The position numbers and the translations under genes are program-made. This document shows positions 1-9,763 of a stretch of 64,000 nucleotides of DNA, piece by piece. Each line of letters opens with the position of its first letter. Within the stretch, counting starts at the first letter, position 1. The notes below the pieces were generated by a model that did not search any database, was not told the origin of the DNA, and was given only the letters and a program-made list of their open reading frames with translations. Source of the stretch: Myxococcales bacterium (GTDB lineage Bacteria > Myxococcota_A > Polyangia > Palsa-1104 > JAEUJZ01); NCBI GenBank assembly GCA_016794365.1, contig JAEUKB010000025.1:52693-116692 (forward strand), given 5' to 3'.

Positions 1-13
1 GGTCGCTCGGCAT

Positions 14-325
14 GTGCCGATGCGAACTTGCGCTGGGTGTCGAGAAGTCGATGCTCAGACGGAGCTGCTGCGTGCCGTGTCCGATGCGAATGGACGGCTT
101 CAGTTTCGGCTGGGTCATCGACAGGCCGGTCGTGGTACATACGTGCATCGTCGCAAGCGATGCATAGAGGCAGCTTTAAAAGGCGGATTTGCGCGCTCGC
201 TGCGGCGCACTGTCCAGAGCGGTGATGTCGCAGCGCTGTACCAACTTGCTGCCGTCGATGACGGTTCGCTGCCGGGCGCTCATCGCCCCATGGGCAGCTT
301 GAAGAATCAGGACAACCATTCATGA
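14..325 (+). CDS. ylxR: YlxR/DUF448 family RNA-binding protein (nusA-infB operon protein)
   Basis: N-terminal RTCxGCR motif and GRGxYV motif typical of YlxR; directly precedes infB with a 4-nt overlap. Confidence 0.8.
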   Translation: MPMRTCAGCREVDAQTELLRAVSDANGRLQFRLGHRQAGRGTYVHRRKRCIEAALKGGFARSLRRTVQSGDVAALYQLAAVDDGSLPGAHRPMGSLKNQDNHS

Positions 326-3300
326 ACACCGAGAGCGTCGGCACGTCGGGCTCCAAGGTCGCGATTTACGAGTTGGCAAAAGAGCTTGGAATTGCCCACA
401 AGGATTTGGTCGAAAAGGTCCGAGCACTAGGCATCGAGGCCAAGAACCACATGTCGCGTCTTGAACGCGACGAGGTAGACCGCGTCCGACGGGCTTTCGA
501 CAAAGAGCGCCACGAAAACACGGTGCAAGAGCGGCTATCAGAGACGGTGATTCGTCGAAGAGCCAAAGACGGCAGCCGACTGCATCCGGAAGCGCAAGCG
601 CCTGTCGCTGCGCCGATTCCGACTCCACCGCCTGCTCCGCCGGTGATGGAGCCAATGCGCTCGACGGCAGATCCGCCTCGAAGAGTGGTTCGTGTCATCA
701 GTCCTGCGGTCGAAACGCCCGCCCGGCCTGCTCCGGCCCCTGTGGCAGAAGTCAAGCCGTCTGTGGCGGAAAAGCCAGCTCCTGCCAAGGTTGAACCTCC
801 CGTCGCGCGGTCCAAGCCGACGGAGTCTGCGGTGTCCGTGGCTCCGGTGGTGACTGCGCCTGTTGCGGATGTCGCTGCGGCCAAAGCGGCGGAAGCAACC
901 AAAGCGGCGGAAGCAGCCAAAGCGGCGGAAGCAGCCAAAGTTGCAGAAGCAGCCAAAGCGGCAGAAGCAGCCAAAGCGGCAGAAGCAGCCAAAAAGACCG
1001 TGAAGGTCGCAAAGCCCGTCGTCGAAAAGCCAGCTGCCGAAGCCCCTGTGGCGGAAGCCAAGACGGCTGCGCCAGCGGCTGCACCTGTGGCCAAGAGCGA
1101 GCCTTTGCCCACGCCTGCTCCAGCTGTTGTGGATGCCAAGCCTGTGGTCGCTGCGGAGCCCAAGGCTGTCGCTGCCAAGCCCGCAGAGCCTGTGCAGGTT
1201 GCTCCAGCGATCAAGGACAAGGACACGCCCAAAGCTGCTGCGGAGCCCGCGAAGGCTGGCAAAGTCGAAAGAGCCGAAGCCAAGCCGGTGGTGGCCAAGC
1301 ACGGGGCGGACGCGGCTCCCAAGTCTGCGGCTGCGCACGCTTCAAGCAAGCCAGCGACGCATGCTGCTGAAAAATCTGCTGCTCCAGCGGTCAGTGAAAA
1401 GTCAGTGACGGCCAAGCCCGTTGCGCCGATTGTACGTCAGGCAGCGTCCGGTCATACAGAGAGCGCGGCCAAGCCGACCTCGCAGCGTCCGGTCGAAGCG
1501 GCACCGACTCCACACACGGAGTCAGGTCGTGGCGCGGTGGCAAGTGCTCCGTCGAACGCCTCGCCAGCTCCGGCGGCTCCGGCCAAGGTGTTTGTGACGG
1601 CGCAGACACGCCGATCGATGGAAGGCCTAGGCCCGACGGGTCGTGTGATCGACTTGTCAGCGTTTAAGAGCGCTCCAGCGGCCAAGCCGACGGCACCGAG
1701 CAGCGAGAGCCCACGCGGCTTCCGTCCCGAGCGCAGCGGCGAGTCTCCCGATCCGATGAGTGGTCGTGGACCGCGTCAGGAAGTCTCGGGTGAGCGCCTT
1801 CGTGGTCAAGAGCAGCGACGAGGGCCAGTTGGTCCGGTTCCGCCCTCGCGTGGCAAGCTTCCGCCGGGTCGCAAGCCGGGCAAGACCCAGATCACGACGG
1901 CTGCCGAGCACAAGCGCGTCGTCAAGATGGGCGAGTCGATCGTCATCGCGGAACTGGCTCGTCAGATGGCTCAAAAGGCCACCGACGTGCTCAAGAAGAT
2001 CTGGGAGCTTGGCATGCGCCAGGTCATGATCAACTCCTCGATCGACATCGACACCGCGCAGCTTGTGGCTGGTGAGTTTGACTGGCGTGTGGAATCGACG
2101 GCGTTCCAAGAGCAGAGCGTCGTGGCCGAAGTCACCGACAAGCCCGAAGATCTCAAGCCGCGCGCGCCGGTCATTACCATCATGGGTCACGTTGACCACG
2201 GTAAGACCTCGCTGCTGGATGCGATTCGCAATGCCAACGTCGCTGCGGGCGAAGCGGGCGGAATCACCCAGCACATCGGTGCGTACAAGGTGTCGTCGCA
2301 GGCCGGAGACGTCGTGTTCCTGGATACGCCAGGTCACGAAGCGTTTACCGAGATGCGAGCCCGTGGCGCGCAAGTGACCGATATCGTCGTCCTGGTGGTT
2401 GCTGCTGATGACGGTGTGATGCCTCAGACGATCGAGGCGCTCAACCACGCCAAGGATGCCAAGGTTCCGATCATCGTCGCGGTCAACAAGATCGACAAGC
2501 AAGGTGCGCAGCCGGATCGGATTCGGCAGCAGCTTGCCGCGCACGATCTGACGCCGGAAGAGTGGGGCGGAGCGACGATCTACTGCGATGTCTCGGCGCG
2601 AACCAAGGTCGGCGTCGAAAAGTTCCTGGAAATGCTGGCGCTTCAGTCGGACGTGCTCGAGCTGCGCGCGAACCCGAACAAGTCGGCCAAGGGCGCAGTC
2701 ATCGAAGCGCGAATGGATGCCAAGCGTGGTCCGGTCGCGACGATGCTGATCCAAGAAGGAACGCTGCGCGTCGGCGATACCGTGGTGGTCGGCGAAGAGA
2801 TGGGCAAGGTCCGTGCGATGAGCGACGACAAAGGTCGGACGCTGGCACAGGCTGGTCCTTCGACGCCGGTCGAGCTGCTCGGTCTGTCGGGCGTGCCGCG
2901 TGCGGGTGAAGTCCTCAATGCGGTGGTCGATGAGCGCGCGGCCAAGGATCTGGTCGAGCACCGTCGTCAGCGTCGCATCGAGCGCGATCGTGCCAAGGCC
3001 GGTCCGGTGTCGCTCGACAAGCTGATGGACGCAATGAAGGCTGGTCTGAAGGAACTGAAGATCATCCTCAAGGCGGACGTGCAGGGTTCTTCCGAAGCAC
3101 TCGGCAGCGCGCTGGCCAAGCTGACGACCAAAGAGGTCAAGGTCTCGATCATCCAGTCGGGCGTCGGCGGCATCACCGAAAGCGATGTCAACCTGGCCAA
3201 GGCTGGCAACGCGATCATCATCGGCTTCCACGTTCGTCCGGCTGGCAAGGCGGCTTCGCTCGCCGAGCAAGAAGGCGTCGATATCAAGCTGTACGACATC

Positions 3301-3663
3301 ATCTACCAGGCTCTCGACGACGTGAAGCTGGCGATGGCGGGACTGCTTGCGCCGATCAAGCGCGACAAGTACCTGGGCAAAGCCGAAGTGCGCGAGGTCT
3401 TCCACATCCCGAAGGTCGGCGCGGTTGCTGGCTGCGCGGTCATCGATGGTGTCATCAAGCGCTCGGCGCTGGCTCGGCTCATCCGTGACTCGGTGCTGGT
3501 TTACAGCGGCAAGCTGGGATCGCTGCGTCGCTTCAAAGACGACGTGCGCGAAGTCCAGCAGGGCTACGAGTGCGGTATGTCGATCGACGGCTACCTGGAT
3601 GTGAAGGTTGGCGACGTGATCGAGTCGTACGAAGTGGAAGAGATCGCGCCGACGCTGGCGTAA
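322..3663 (+). CDS. infB: translation initiation factor IF-2
   Basis: IF-2 N-terminal domain ([12 protein letters not shown]), G-domain [24 protein letters not shown], conserved C-terminal domains. Long Ala/Pro/Lys-rich linker. Confidence 0.95.
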   Translation: MNTESVGTSGSKVAIYELAKELGIAHKDLVEKVRALGIEAKNHMSRLERDEVDRVRRAFDKERHENTVQERLSETVIRRRAKDGSRLHPEAQAPVAAPIPTPPPAPPVMEPMRSTADPPRRVVRVISPAVETPARPAPAPVAEVKPSVAEKPAPAKVEPPVARSKPTESAVSVAPVVTAPVADVAAAKAAEATKAAEAAKAAEAAKVAEAAKAAEAAKAAEAAKKTVKVAKPVVEKPAAEAPVAEAKTAAPAAAPVAKSEPLPTPAPAVVDAKPVVAAEPKAVAAKPAEPVQVAPAIKDKDTPKAAAEPAKAGKVERAEAKPVVAKHGADAAPKSAAAHASSKPATHAAEKSAAPAVSEKSVTAKPVAPIVRQAASGHTESAAKPTSQRPVEAAPTPHTESGRGAVASAPSNASPAPAAPAKVFVTAQTRRSMEGLGPTGRVIDLSAFKSAPAAKPTAPSSESPRGFRPERSGESPDPMSGRGPRQEVSGERLRGQEQRRGPVGPVPPSRGKLPPGRKPGKTQITTAAEHKRVVKMGESIVIAELARQMAQKATDVLKKIWELGMRQVMINSSIDIDTAQLVAGEFDWRVESTAFQEQSVVAEVTDKPEDLKPRAPVITIMGHVDHGKTSLLDAIRNANVAAGEAGGITQHIGAYKVSSQAGDVVFLDTPGHEAFTEMRARGAQVTDIVVLVVAADDGVMPQTIEALNHAKDAKVPIIVAVNKIDKQGAQPDRIRQQLAAHDLTPEEWGGATIYCDVSARTKVGVEKFLEMLALQSDVLELRANPNKSAKGAVIEARMDAKRGPVATMLIQEGTLRVGDTVVVGEEMGKVRAMSDDKGRTLAQAGPSTPVELLGLSGVPRAGEVLNAVVDERAAKDLVEHRRQRRIERDRAKAGPVSLDKLMDAMKAGLKELKIILKADVQGSSEALGSALAKLTTKEVKVSIIQSGVGGITESDVNLAKAGNAIIIGFHVRPAGKAASLAEQEGVDIKLYDIIYQALDDVKLAMAGLLAPIKRDKYLGKAEVREVFHIPKVGAVAGCAVIDGVIKRSALARLIRDSVLVYSGKLGSLRRFKDDVREVQQGYECGMSIDGYLDVKVGDVIESYEVEEIAPTLA
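878..996 (+). repeat. 21-bp in-frame tandem repeat (~5.5 copies) encoding (AAKAAEA)n inside infB linker
   Basis: gccaaagcggcggaagcagcc repeated head-to-tail; translates to AAKAAEA repeats in the IF-2 N-terminal linker. Confidence 0.7.
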
Positions 3664-3742
3664 GCAACCAGAGCATGACCGTCGGCCTTGCAAAACAAGG
3701 TCGCACGGTCTTTCCTTTTGTGCAGTTGTTTGGGCAAAGCAG

Positions 3743-4219
3743 ATGATCGTTGGGGTCTGTCGCATCACCTTGCAGCTCGAGGACTGTCACTCCGAAAAGG
3801 ACAAGCGCTCAGTCCTGCGTCGGATCAAGGATCGCGTCCATCAAAAGTGGAACTGCGCGATCGCGGAAGTCGGGGAAGGCGACTCGCTGGACTCGGCGCA
3901 GCTTGGCATCGTCGTGGTGTCTAATCAGCGCGGCTATACCCAGTCGCAGGTTCAGAAGATCTTGCAGTTCATCGACGACCTGGCGTTCGCGCGCCTGACT
4001 GATGATGAGCAAGACTTCATCGACTACGGTGACGGCTCGGTGGAAGACGTAGGGCGCGGCGAGTTTGAGCACTGGGAACCGAGCGAGCCCGCGCCGCACA
4101 AGACGCCACCCAAGCTGTCACCGCCGAAGCTGTCCGAGCCCGCTGACTATCCCTGGGACTCACCGGATCCGACGCCACAGCTTGCCGAGAACGCCTCGGA
4201 AGATCGGGAAGGACAGTAG
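3743..4219 (+). CDS. DUF503 (YlxP-like) protein with acidic/Pro-rich C-terminal extension
   Basis: N-terminal MIVGVCRITLQL...SEKDKRSVLRRIKDRV...AEV pattern matches DUF503 found downstream of infB. Confidence 0.75.
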   Translation: MIVGVCRITLQLEDCHSEKDKRSVLRRIKDRVHQKWNCAIAEVGEGDSLDSAQLGIVVVSNQRGYTQSQVQKILQFIDDLAFARLTDDEQDFIDYGDGSVEDVGRGEFEHWEPSEPAPHKTPPKLSPPKLSEPADYPWDSPDPTPQLAENASEDREGQ

Positions 4220-4222
4220 TCG

Positions 4223-5215
4223 GTGCCGCGCGTCCTGCTTGGACTGTTGGCACTGCTCCTGTCGCAGCTTGGCTGTGCGTCGGTCAATCCTCACAGTGCG
4301 GTGCGGCTGTCGCAGCAGGCGATCGTCAGCACCCACAAGCTGTCCGTCGTGCTTGCCGAGGCGCGGGTCGGACTGCATGCCTACGTCGATGCGCAGACGC
4401 TCAGTGGCTCGCTGCTTCAGCAAGCGCCGCTGTCGAATGAGACGCTGTGCCAGCTTCAGTCGGTGTCAAACAGCCTGCGCCTGAGAGAAGCCCTGCTGCG
4501 ACGACTTGGACATGCCTACGAGCACTATGTCTTGCTTGCGCAGGAAGGCCCCGAGCGCTGGTCCGGTGAGGTGTTCGACAACCTCCTGTTCGATCTAGAC
4601 CCGGCTGAGCTGGCAATGGAGCCGCCGCTGCACGAAGGCTGTCCTTCAGATCCAGCGTCCCTGATTCCGTCTTCGCTGGTGCAGGCGGATCCACCGGCTC
4701 CGCTACGGCTTACGGGCTCGTCGGCGCAGCTCCTGCGGGCGAGTCAGCGCCTGCGTGGGCTGCTCGGCCAGGTCATTGCCATCCTGGATCACGAGCGCCC
4801 GGTCTTTGTGTCGATCCTGCGACAGCAGCTTCGCTCGCGGGCGAGCCTCGCCAAGGTGCTGTACCTGCGCTACGGCGTGCTGGCTCCCGCAGAGCTGCTC
4901 ATTCCGACGCTCAGCGGCCTGGGTCTTTCCTATAGTGAGCTAGAGCTGCGACGGGGAACCAAGGACGCTGATCAGCAGGTGCTGCGACAAGCGGTGGCGC
5001 AGCTCCTGTCCGCGCGGGTGGAACGGCAGGTGGGCCTGCTGACCGCGCAGTACGATCAGCAGGTGGCGATTTTGCGAGCGCTTAGTCGTCAGCATGAACG
5101 CCTGGAAGCCGGTCAGCCGATGGATCTGCGGGTGCTGACCCAGTGGCTTGTGCCGACGCCGCCAGCAGCGGTCGTACCCGCCGGGAGCCTCGCTACGCCT
5201 ACGCTCTTGCCGTAG
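4223..5215 (+). CDS. hypothetical lipoprotein (GTG start)
   Basis: Signal peptide with lipobox-like LSQLGC; no recognisable domain; follows the infB cluster. Confidence 0.5.
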   Translation: MPRVLLGLLALLLSQLGCASVNPHSAVRLSQQAIVSTHKLSVVLAEARVGLHAYVDAQTLSGSLLQQAPLSNETLCQLQSVSNSLRLREALLRRLGHAYEHYVLLAQEGPERWSGEVFDNLLFDLDPAELAMEPPLHEGCPSDPASLIPSSLVQADPPAPLRLTGSSAQLLRASQRLRGLLGQVIAILDHERPVFVSILRQQLRSRASLAKVLYLRYGVLAPAELLIPTLSGLGLSYSELELRRGTKDADQQVLRQAVAQLLSARVERQVGLLTAQYDQQVAILRALSRQHERLEAGQPMDLRVLTQWLVPTPPAAVVPAGSLATPTLLP

Positions 5216-5372
5216 CGGCTGCCCAGCGCTGTGGATCCTGTTCGCAAGGCGTGACCACCCTAACGCTTGTGGGCTGCATCGCGGGTCGTGCTAGGGTCGC
5301 GCGCTGTGGGCTGCCTGGCTGTGGGCAGCGTGCGTGGCGTTTGGCTGAAACCCTCCTCGGAGCGAGGCACTG

Positions 5373-5759
5373 ATGAAGCGAGTCACTGGCATCGGCGGCG
5401 TGTTCTTCAAGTCCAAAGACCCCAAGGCGCTCTCCGCCTGGTATCACAAGCACCTGGGCATCCCGCTGGAGTCCTGGGGTGGAGCGGTGTTTCGCTGGCA
5501 GTCGCCCGACAATCCCTCTGGGGTTGGCTCTACGGTGTGGAGCCCGTTTGCCGAGACCACCTCGTACTTCGGCGGCGGCGACTCGCAGTTCATGCTCAAC
5601 TTTCGGGTTCACGATCTGCGTGCCCTGCTCACCCAGCTGCGCGAAGAAGGCTGCTCGGTGGATGACAAGATCGATGAGTCCGAGCTGGGCTTGTTTGGCT
5701 GGATCACCGATCCCGAAGGCCGCCGCATCGAGCTGTGGCAGCCCCCCGAAGGCCGCTAG
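5373..5759 (+). CDS. VOC (glyoxalase/bleomycin-resistance/dioxygenase) family protein
   Basis: 128 aa; GGVFFKSKDP...WY..LG motif typical of small VOC-fold proteins. Confidence 0.7.
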   Translation: MKRVTGIGGVFFKSKDPKALSAWYHKHLGIPLESWGGAVFRWQSPDNPSGVGSTVWSPFAETTSYFGGGDSQFMLNFRVHDLRALLTQLREEGCSVDDKIDESELGLFGWITDPEGRRIELWQPPEGR

Positions 5760-5760
5760 C

Positions 5761-5957
5761 AGGGTCCAGACCTGGTCCGAACTACACGAGCAGCAGTTGA
5801 GATAGGGTCCAGACCCAGTCCGAACTACACGAGCAGCAGTTGAGATAGGGTCCAGACCCAGTCCGAACTACACGATCAGCAGTTGCGGCATGGTCCCGAC
5901 CCAGAGCGAACTACACGCTCAGCAGTTGCGATAGGGTCCAGACCCAGTCCAAGTGGC
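5761..5957. repeat. 43-bp tandem repeat array (~4.5 units), each unit carrying a GGGTC-NN-GACCC palindrome
   Basis: Unit agggtccagacccagtccgaactacacgagcagcagttgagat repeated head-to-tail with few substitutions; lies between convergent genes (VOC + / flavoprotein -). Confidence 0.85.
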
Positions 5958-5967
5958 TTGCGATGCA

Positions 5968-7647
5968 CTACGCGGAGGGCTTGGTCGGCTGTAGCTCTGG
6001 GTGCGCGTAGACGCCCCCGGCCAGCGAGCGAACATTGTAGCCGTGCTGGGCTAAGATGCGGGCGGCGAAGTAGCTGGTCTTGCCGTGTGCGCACAGGGTA
6101 ACGACCGGCATGCCCTGCTCCAGGGTCGGCAAGGCGTCTCGCAGTGCGGCCAGCGGGATGTTGCGGGCTCCTTCCACCGGCAGCTCCTGAGCGGCTGCGG
6201 CTCCCCGTACATCGACAAGCTGGATCCCGGGCTCTGTCGGCAGCGCAGAAACAGGGCGGACCAGCTCATCGCGCTGGTTGGTTGCCGCAAAGCCCGCCAC
6301 GTTCACCACATCCTTGGCGCTACCGAAGGGCGGAGCGTAGGACAGCTCCAGGTGAACCAGGTCGTCAATCGTCAGCCGACCGCGCAGCGCGGTGGCCAAG
6401 ATGTCCAGCCGCTTATCGACGCCCGCACCGCCGTAGGCTTGCGCACCCAGCACATCGCCGCTCTGCGGATCCCACAAGAGCTTGAGCGTGACCGACTCTG
6501 CCCCGGGATAGTACGAAGCATGCGACGAGCCCGCCACCAGCGTCACGCGGTAGTCTCGCCCAAGGGCCCGCAGCCGCTTTTCAGACAAGCCCGTGACACC
6601 TGCCGTCAGCGCAAACACCCGGACAATCGCCGTCCCCAGCGAGCCCGGATACGGCAGCGCCTTTTCCCCCAGCACAATGTGGTCGGCGCAGGTGCGACCC
6701 TGACGGTTGGCCGGTCCGCCGAGCGGGACGTTGGTCTGCTCTCCGGTAAACAGGTCGGGCGTTGCACAGACATCGCCGAGCGCATAGATCAGCGGATCGC
6801 TCGTCTGCAAGTAAGCGTTGACCGCAATGTGACCACGCGGTGTCAGCGCCAGGCCCGCTTCTTTGCCCAGGCGCGACTCCGGCACCACTCCGATCGACAG
6901 GATCACGGCACCGACCACGATGCGCTCGCCATGGGATGTGATCGCGCAGACGGGTTCGTGGGGCCGCTCGCTGGCTTCAAAAGACACAATCGCGGTGCCC
7001 AGCCGCAGCGCAATACCCTGGCGAACCAGCTCTTGCGCCAGCGGGGCCGCCATGTCCGGGTCGAGCGCGGGCAGCACCTGCGGCTGAAGCTCCACCACAT
7101 GGACGCGCTTGCCCAGGTGCGCAAGCTGCTCGGCCATCTCCAGTCCGATAAAGCCTGCGCCAATCACCAGCACCGACTCCACCTCTTCCACCGCGTGCTT
7201 GATCCGGTCCATGTCCTGCAAGCTGCGCAGGGTCAGGATCTCGGGCCGGTCGATGCCAGGCAGCGAGGGCCGAAGTGGAGCCGCACCCGGTGCCAAGATC
7301 AAATGATCATAGGGAAGCTGCGACTGCTGGCCGCTGCGCAGGTCCACCACCGTCACCGTACGGGTGCTGCGGTCGATGTGCGTGGCTTCGGTCTGGGCGC
7401 GCACGTCAATGTGCAGCAGGCTGCGCAGCGAAGCAGGCGTCTGAATCGTGAGCAGGGAGCGATCGGCAATCTCGCCCCCGATGTGATAGGGCAGCCCACA
7501 GTTGGCAAACGATACGTCGGGCCCGCGCTCCACCAGGGTGATCTGGGCAAACTCATCCAGGCGGCGAAGCCGTGCCGCCGCCGAGGCTCCTCCCGCAACG
7601 CCACCGATGATCACGACACGACGGCTGGGAGTTTTTGCATTCAACAT
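5968..7647 (-). CDS. CoA-disulfide reductase / NADH oxidase-like FAD-dependent pyridine nucleotide-disulfide oxidoreductase with C-terminal rhodanese domain
   Basis: VVIIGGVAGGASAA FAD motif, redox-active Cys in SFANCGLPY, second GAGFIGLE NAD motif, C-terminal rhodanese with CAHGKTS active-site loop. Start moved to the internal ATG (M69 of the ORF), which is preceded by AAGGAG. Confidence 0.8.
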   Translation of the reverse strand: MLNAKTPSRRVVIIGGVAGGASAAARLRRLDEFAQITLVERGPDVSFANCGLPYHIGGEIADRSLLTIQTPASLRSLLHIDVRAQTEATHIDRSTRTVTVVDLRSGQQSQLPYDHLILAPGAAPLRPSLPGIDRPEILTLRSLQDMDRIKHAVEEVESVLVIGAGFIGLEMAEQLAHLGKRVHVVELQPQVLPALDPDMAAPLAQELVRQGIALRLGTAIVSFEASERPHEPVCAITSHGERIVVGAVILSIGVVPESRLGKEAGLALTPRGHIAVNAYLQTSDPLIYALGDVCATPDLFTGEQTNVPLGGPANRQGRTCADHIVLGEKALPYPGSLGTAIVRVFALTAGVTGLSEKRLRALGRDYRVTLVAGSSHASYYPGAESVTLKLLWDPQSGDVLGAQAYGGAGVDKRLDILATALRGRLTIDDLVHLELSYAPPFGSAKDVVNVAGFAATNQRDELVRPVSALPTEPGIQLVDVRGAAAAQELPVEGARNIPLAALRDALPTLEQGMPVVTLCAHGKTSYFAARILAQHGYNVRSLAGGVYAHPELQPTKPSA

Positions 7648-7844
7648 GACCGGGCTCCTTTGGAGGACAGGAATCGGACCCATGCGGATCGCGACGTGCA
7701 GCTTGTGGCTGCTGCGCCGTCCGTACGTCGCATGGGGCCCGCTTCCTGTAGAAAGAGCAGGAACTGTACCAGGACGCGCTGCGCAGTCGCTTCGTCGCTG
7801 TCCGGTCAGACCGGGAAGACCCGGTGCCCGGTGGTGGCTCGCCT

Positions 7845-7890
7845 GTTTCAACTGCGTGTTTCATATCGAAACAGTGCAGCTGAAACAAAG
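7845..7890 (-). terminator. nested inverted repeat (possible terminator of the small peptide gene or a protein-binding site)
   Basis: gtttcaactgcg...tgtttcatatcgaaaca...tgcagctgaaac: inner perfect 6-5-6 palindrome inside an 11/12 outer stem; no U-tract, so weak as an intrinsic terminator. Confidence 0.25.
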
Positions 7891-7905
7891 GCGAGCGCCT
7901 CCTGA

Positions 7906-8091
7906 CTACTTCTTGTCTCCAGCCGGGGCTGGGCCTTTGCCGTCCTGACCCTTGGGGGCCGAGTCGGTCTTTTTGTCATCCTTGGGTGCCGTCTTTTCAT
8001 CCTTGGCCGGGGTCGGTTCGCTGGCGCGTGCTGCCGTCATCGAACCAAACGCAAACAGACCGACCAGTGTAGCGAGCGTCATCTTGTTCAT
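7906..8091 (-). CDS. small secreted Lys/Asp/Pro-rich peptide (61 aa precursor, ~38 aa mature)
   Basis: Sec signal peptide (LATLVGLFAFGSMTAARA/SE); AAGGAGA RBS 7 nt upstream of ATG; low-complexity K/D/P-rich mature part; sigma-54 promoter candidate upstream. Confidence 0.5.
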   Translation of the reverse strand: MNKMTLATLVGLFAFGSMTAARASEPTPAKDEKTAPKDDKKTDSAPKGQDGKGPAPAGDKK

Positions 8092-8165
8092 GGCTGTCTC
8101 CTTGTGAGTAAGTGGGCACAGACTCGGTCTGGGACCGTGTCGAGCCCGGTGTCAGCCAAGTGCTA

Positions 8166-8182
8166 GAGCACTCGTTGTGCCA
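8166..8182 (-). promoter_or_regulatory. sigma-54 (-24/-12) promoter candidate driving the small secreted peptide gene
   Basis: On the minus strand the sequence reads TGGCAC-aacga-gTGCt with canonical GG/GC spacing, ~60 nt upstream of the 8091 start and immediately downstream of a sigma-54 activator gene. Confidence 0.4.
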
Positions 8183-8247
8183 AGGTGTTTGTCGTCGCTG
8201 CGCAGGCCCACTTGGGTCCGCTGCATCGGGAATCGAGCCCGGCTGTA

Positions 8248-8305
8248 CGGGAAAATTTCCTGATCCCCGTTGAAAATCATCCAGCGACCGCGCGGGAAAA
8301 TTTGC
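8248..8305. promoter_or_regulatory. two copies of near-palindromic cGGGAAAATTTsC spaced ~45 bp; candidate enhancer (UAS) for the NtrC-type regulator
   Basis: cgggaaaatttcc at ~8248-8260 and cgggaaaatttgc at ~8293-8305, 65-140 bp upstream of the sigma-54 -24 element. Confidence 0.3.
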
Positions 8306-8401
8306 AGCTCGCTTCTTTCGTACCTGGCTTCGCGCACCCGGCTGCGCGGCGACCTGGGGCTTTGGGGGCGACATCGGCCCCGCGAAACACCGAGTCACAG
8401 G

Positions 8402-9763
8402 CTACGGCTTCTCTTCCGACAGCCAGTTGTAGAGCGTCTTGACATCCACCCCCAGCTTTTCCGCCGCTTGACCACGATGGCCACCTACCTGCGAGAGCGC
8501 CCACGCTGCATAGCGCCGCTGGATCAGGCGAATCGGCAAGATGTCTCCCTCCAGCGAAAACGGCGTGCTGGTCCCCGATGGTCGCAGCGTGGACGGTAGA
8601 TCACTTACACCCACTTCTTCGGATCGTCCCAGCACCACCAGTCGCTCCAGAACGTGAGACAGCTCGCGCACGTTGCCGGGCCACTCGTAGTCCAAGAGGC
8701 GCTGCATCACCTCGGGGCTGACCCGCTGCACCGGAGACTGCGGATGCCGGACCCTGTGCTCATGCAGAAAGTGGCCAATCAGGATCGGAATGTCTTCACG
8801 GCGATGCCGCAGCGCGGGCAGGTGAACCGAGATCACATCCAGCCGATAGTAGAGATCTTCGCGAAAGCGACCCGCTTTGACCGCTTCCCGCAGGTCGCAG
8901 TGCGTGGCCGCGATGATGCGCACGCTCACGCGCTGGGGACGATTGGATCCGACCGGACGAACCACGCCTTCTTCCAAGACGTGCAGCAGCTTGACCTGTA
9001 GCGCGGGCGGTAGATCGCCGATTTCATCGAGAAACAGGATGCCGCCGTGGGCCTCTGCCACCAGTCCTTTGCGGGCTTGGGTTGCGCCGGTAAAGGCTCC
9101 CTTTTCGTGACCGAACAGCTCACTTTCCAGCAGGTGCTCGGGCAGCGCACCGCAGTTGATCGCAACAAACGGACCGCCTGCCCGCAGCCCTTCGGCATGG
9201 ACAACGCGCGCAAACAGGCTCTTGCCGGTTCCTGTTTCGCCCCCGATGAGCAGCGGAACGTCCGCGCCGGACACCCGATCGAGCAGCTCAAACAGCGCGA
9301 GCATCGCTGGACTTTGCCCAATCAGCCCGGTCCGTCCGTTCTTTTCCCGTAGTGTCACCCGCAGCGCACTGGCTTCCCGCCGCACCTTCGCTTCATCGAG
9401 CGCTCGCCGCAGAAAGATCACCAGCTCTTCGATCTTGAACGGCTTGGTCAGGTAGTGCGCAGCGCCTTGACGGATGGACTCGATCGCACTGTCGATGGCC
9501 CCGTGTGCGGTCATGATCAGCACCGGACGCTCGGGAGCCTGCCGCCGGGACTGGGTCAGCAGCGCCAGACCATCGACATCCGGCATGCGCAGGTCCGTCA
9601 CCAGTGCGTCAAACGGCTCTCGACCGAGCAGCGCGGCGGCTTTCTTGCCCGATCCGAGTGGCACTGCATCAAAGCCATGGTCGGTCAGACCTTCGGACAG
9701 GACCTCGGCCATCGCCAGGTGATCATCAACGACTAGGACGCGGGGCCGGACTTCACTTGGCAT
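8402..9763 (-). CDS. sigma-54-dependent response regulator (NtrC family: REC + AAA+ + Fis-type HTH)
   Basis: Receiver LVVDDH...D, Walker [15 protein letters not shown] sigma-54 contact motif, [16 protein letters not shown]-terminal HTH. Start set at M37 of the ORF (overlaps the HK stop by ~11 nt). Confidence 0.9.
   Translation of the reverse strand: MPSEVRPRVLVVDDHLAMAEVLSEGLTDHGFDAVPLGSGKKAAALLGREPFDALVTDLRMPDVDGLALLTQSRRQAPERPVLIMTAHGAIDSAIESIRQGAAHYLTKPFKIEELVIFLRRALDEAKVRREASALRVTLREKNGRTGLIGQSPAMLALFELLDRVSGADVPLLIGGETGTGKSLFARVVHAEGLRAGGPFVAINCGALPEHLLESELFGHEKGAFTGATQARKGLVAEAHGGILFLDEIGDLPPALQVKLLHVLEEGVVRPVGSNRPQRVSVRIIAATHCDLREAVKAGRFREDLYYRLDVISVHLPALRHRREDIPILIGHFLHEHRVRHPQSPVQRVSPEVMQRLLDYEWPGNVRELSHVLERLVVLGRSEEVGVSDLPSTLRPSGTSTPFSLEGDILPIRLIQRRYAAWALSQVGGHRGQAAEKLGVDVKTLYNWLSEEKP

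Noticed and set aside
366-1415. Minus-strand ORFs (349 aa, 266 aa, 110 aa) inside infB
   Set aside because: Antisense to the IF-2 Ala-rich repeat region; translations are Ala/Ser/Gly or Arg-rich low complexity; artefacts of GC-rich repeats.
5761-5957. Tandem repeats considered as a possible CRISPR array (same for 17246-17494)
   Set aside because: Units are directly contiguous with no unique spacers, the period is 43 bp, and no cas genes are nearby; so it is a tandem-repeat/REP-like element and not a CRISPR array.
6085-7905. 606-aa plus-strand ORF
   Set aside because: Entirely antisense to the well-supported flavoprotein gene; Arg/Gln-rich low-complexity translation typical of high-GC antisense frames; no domains.
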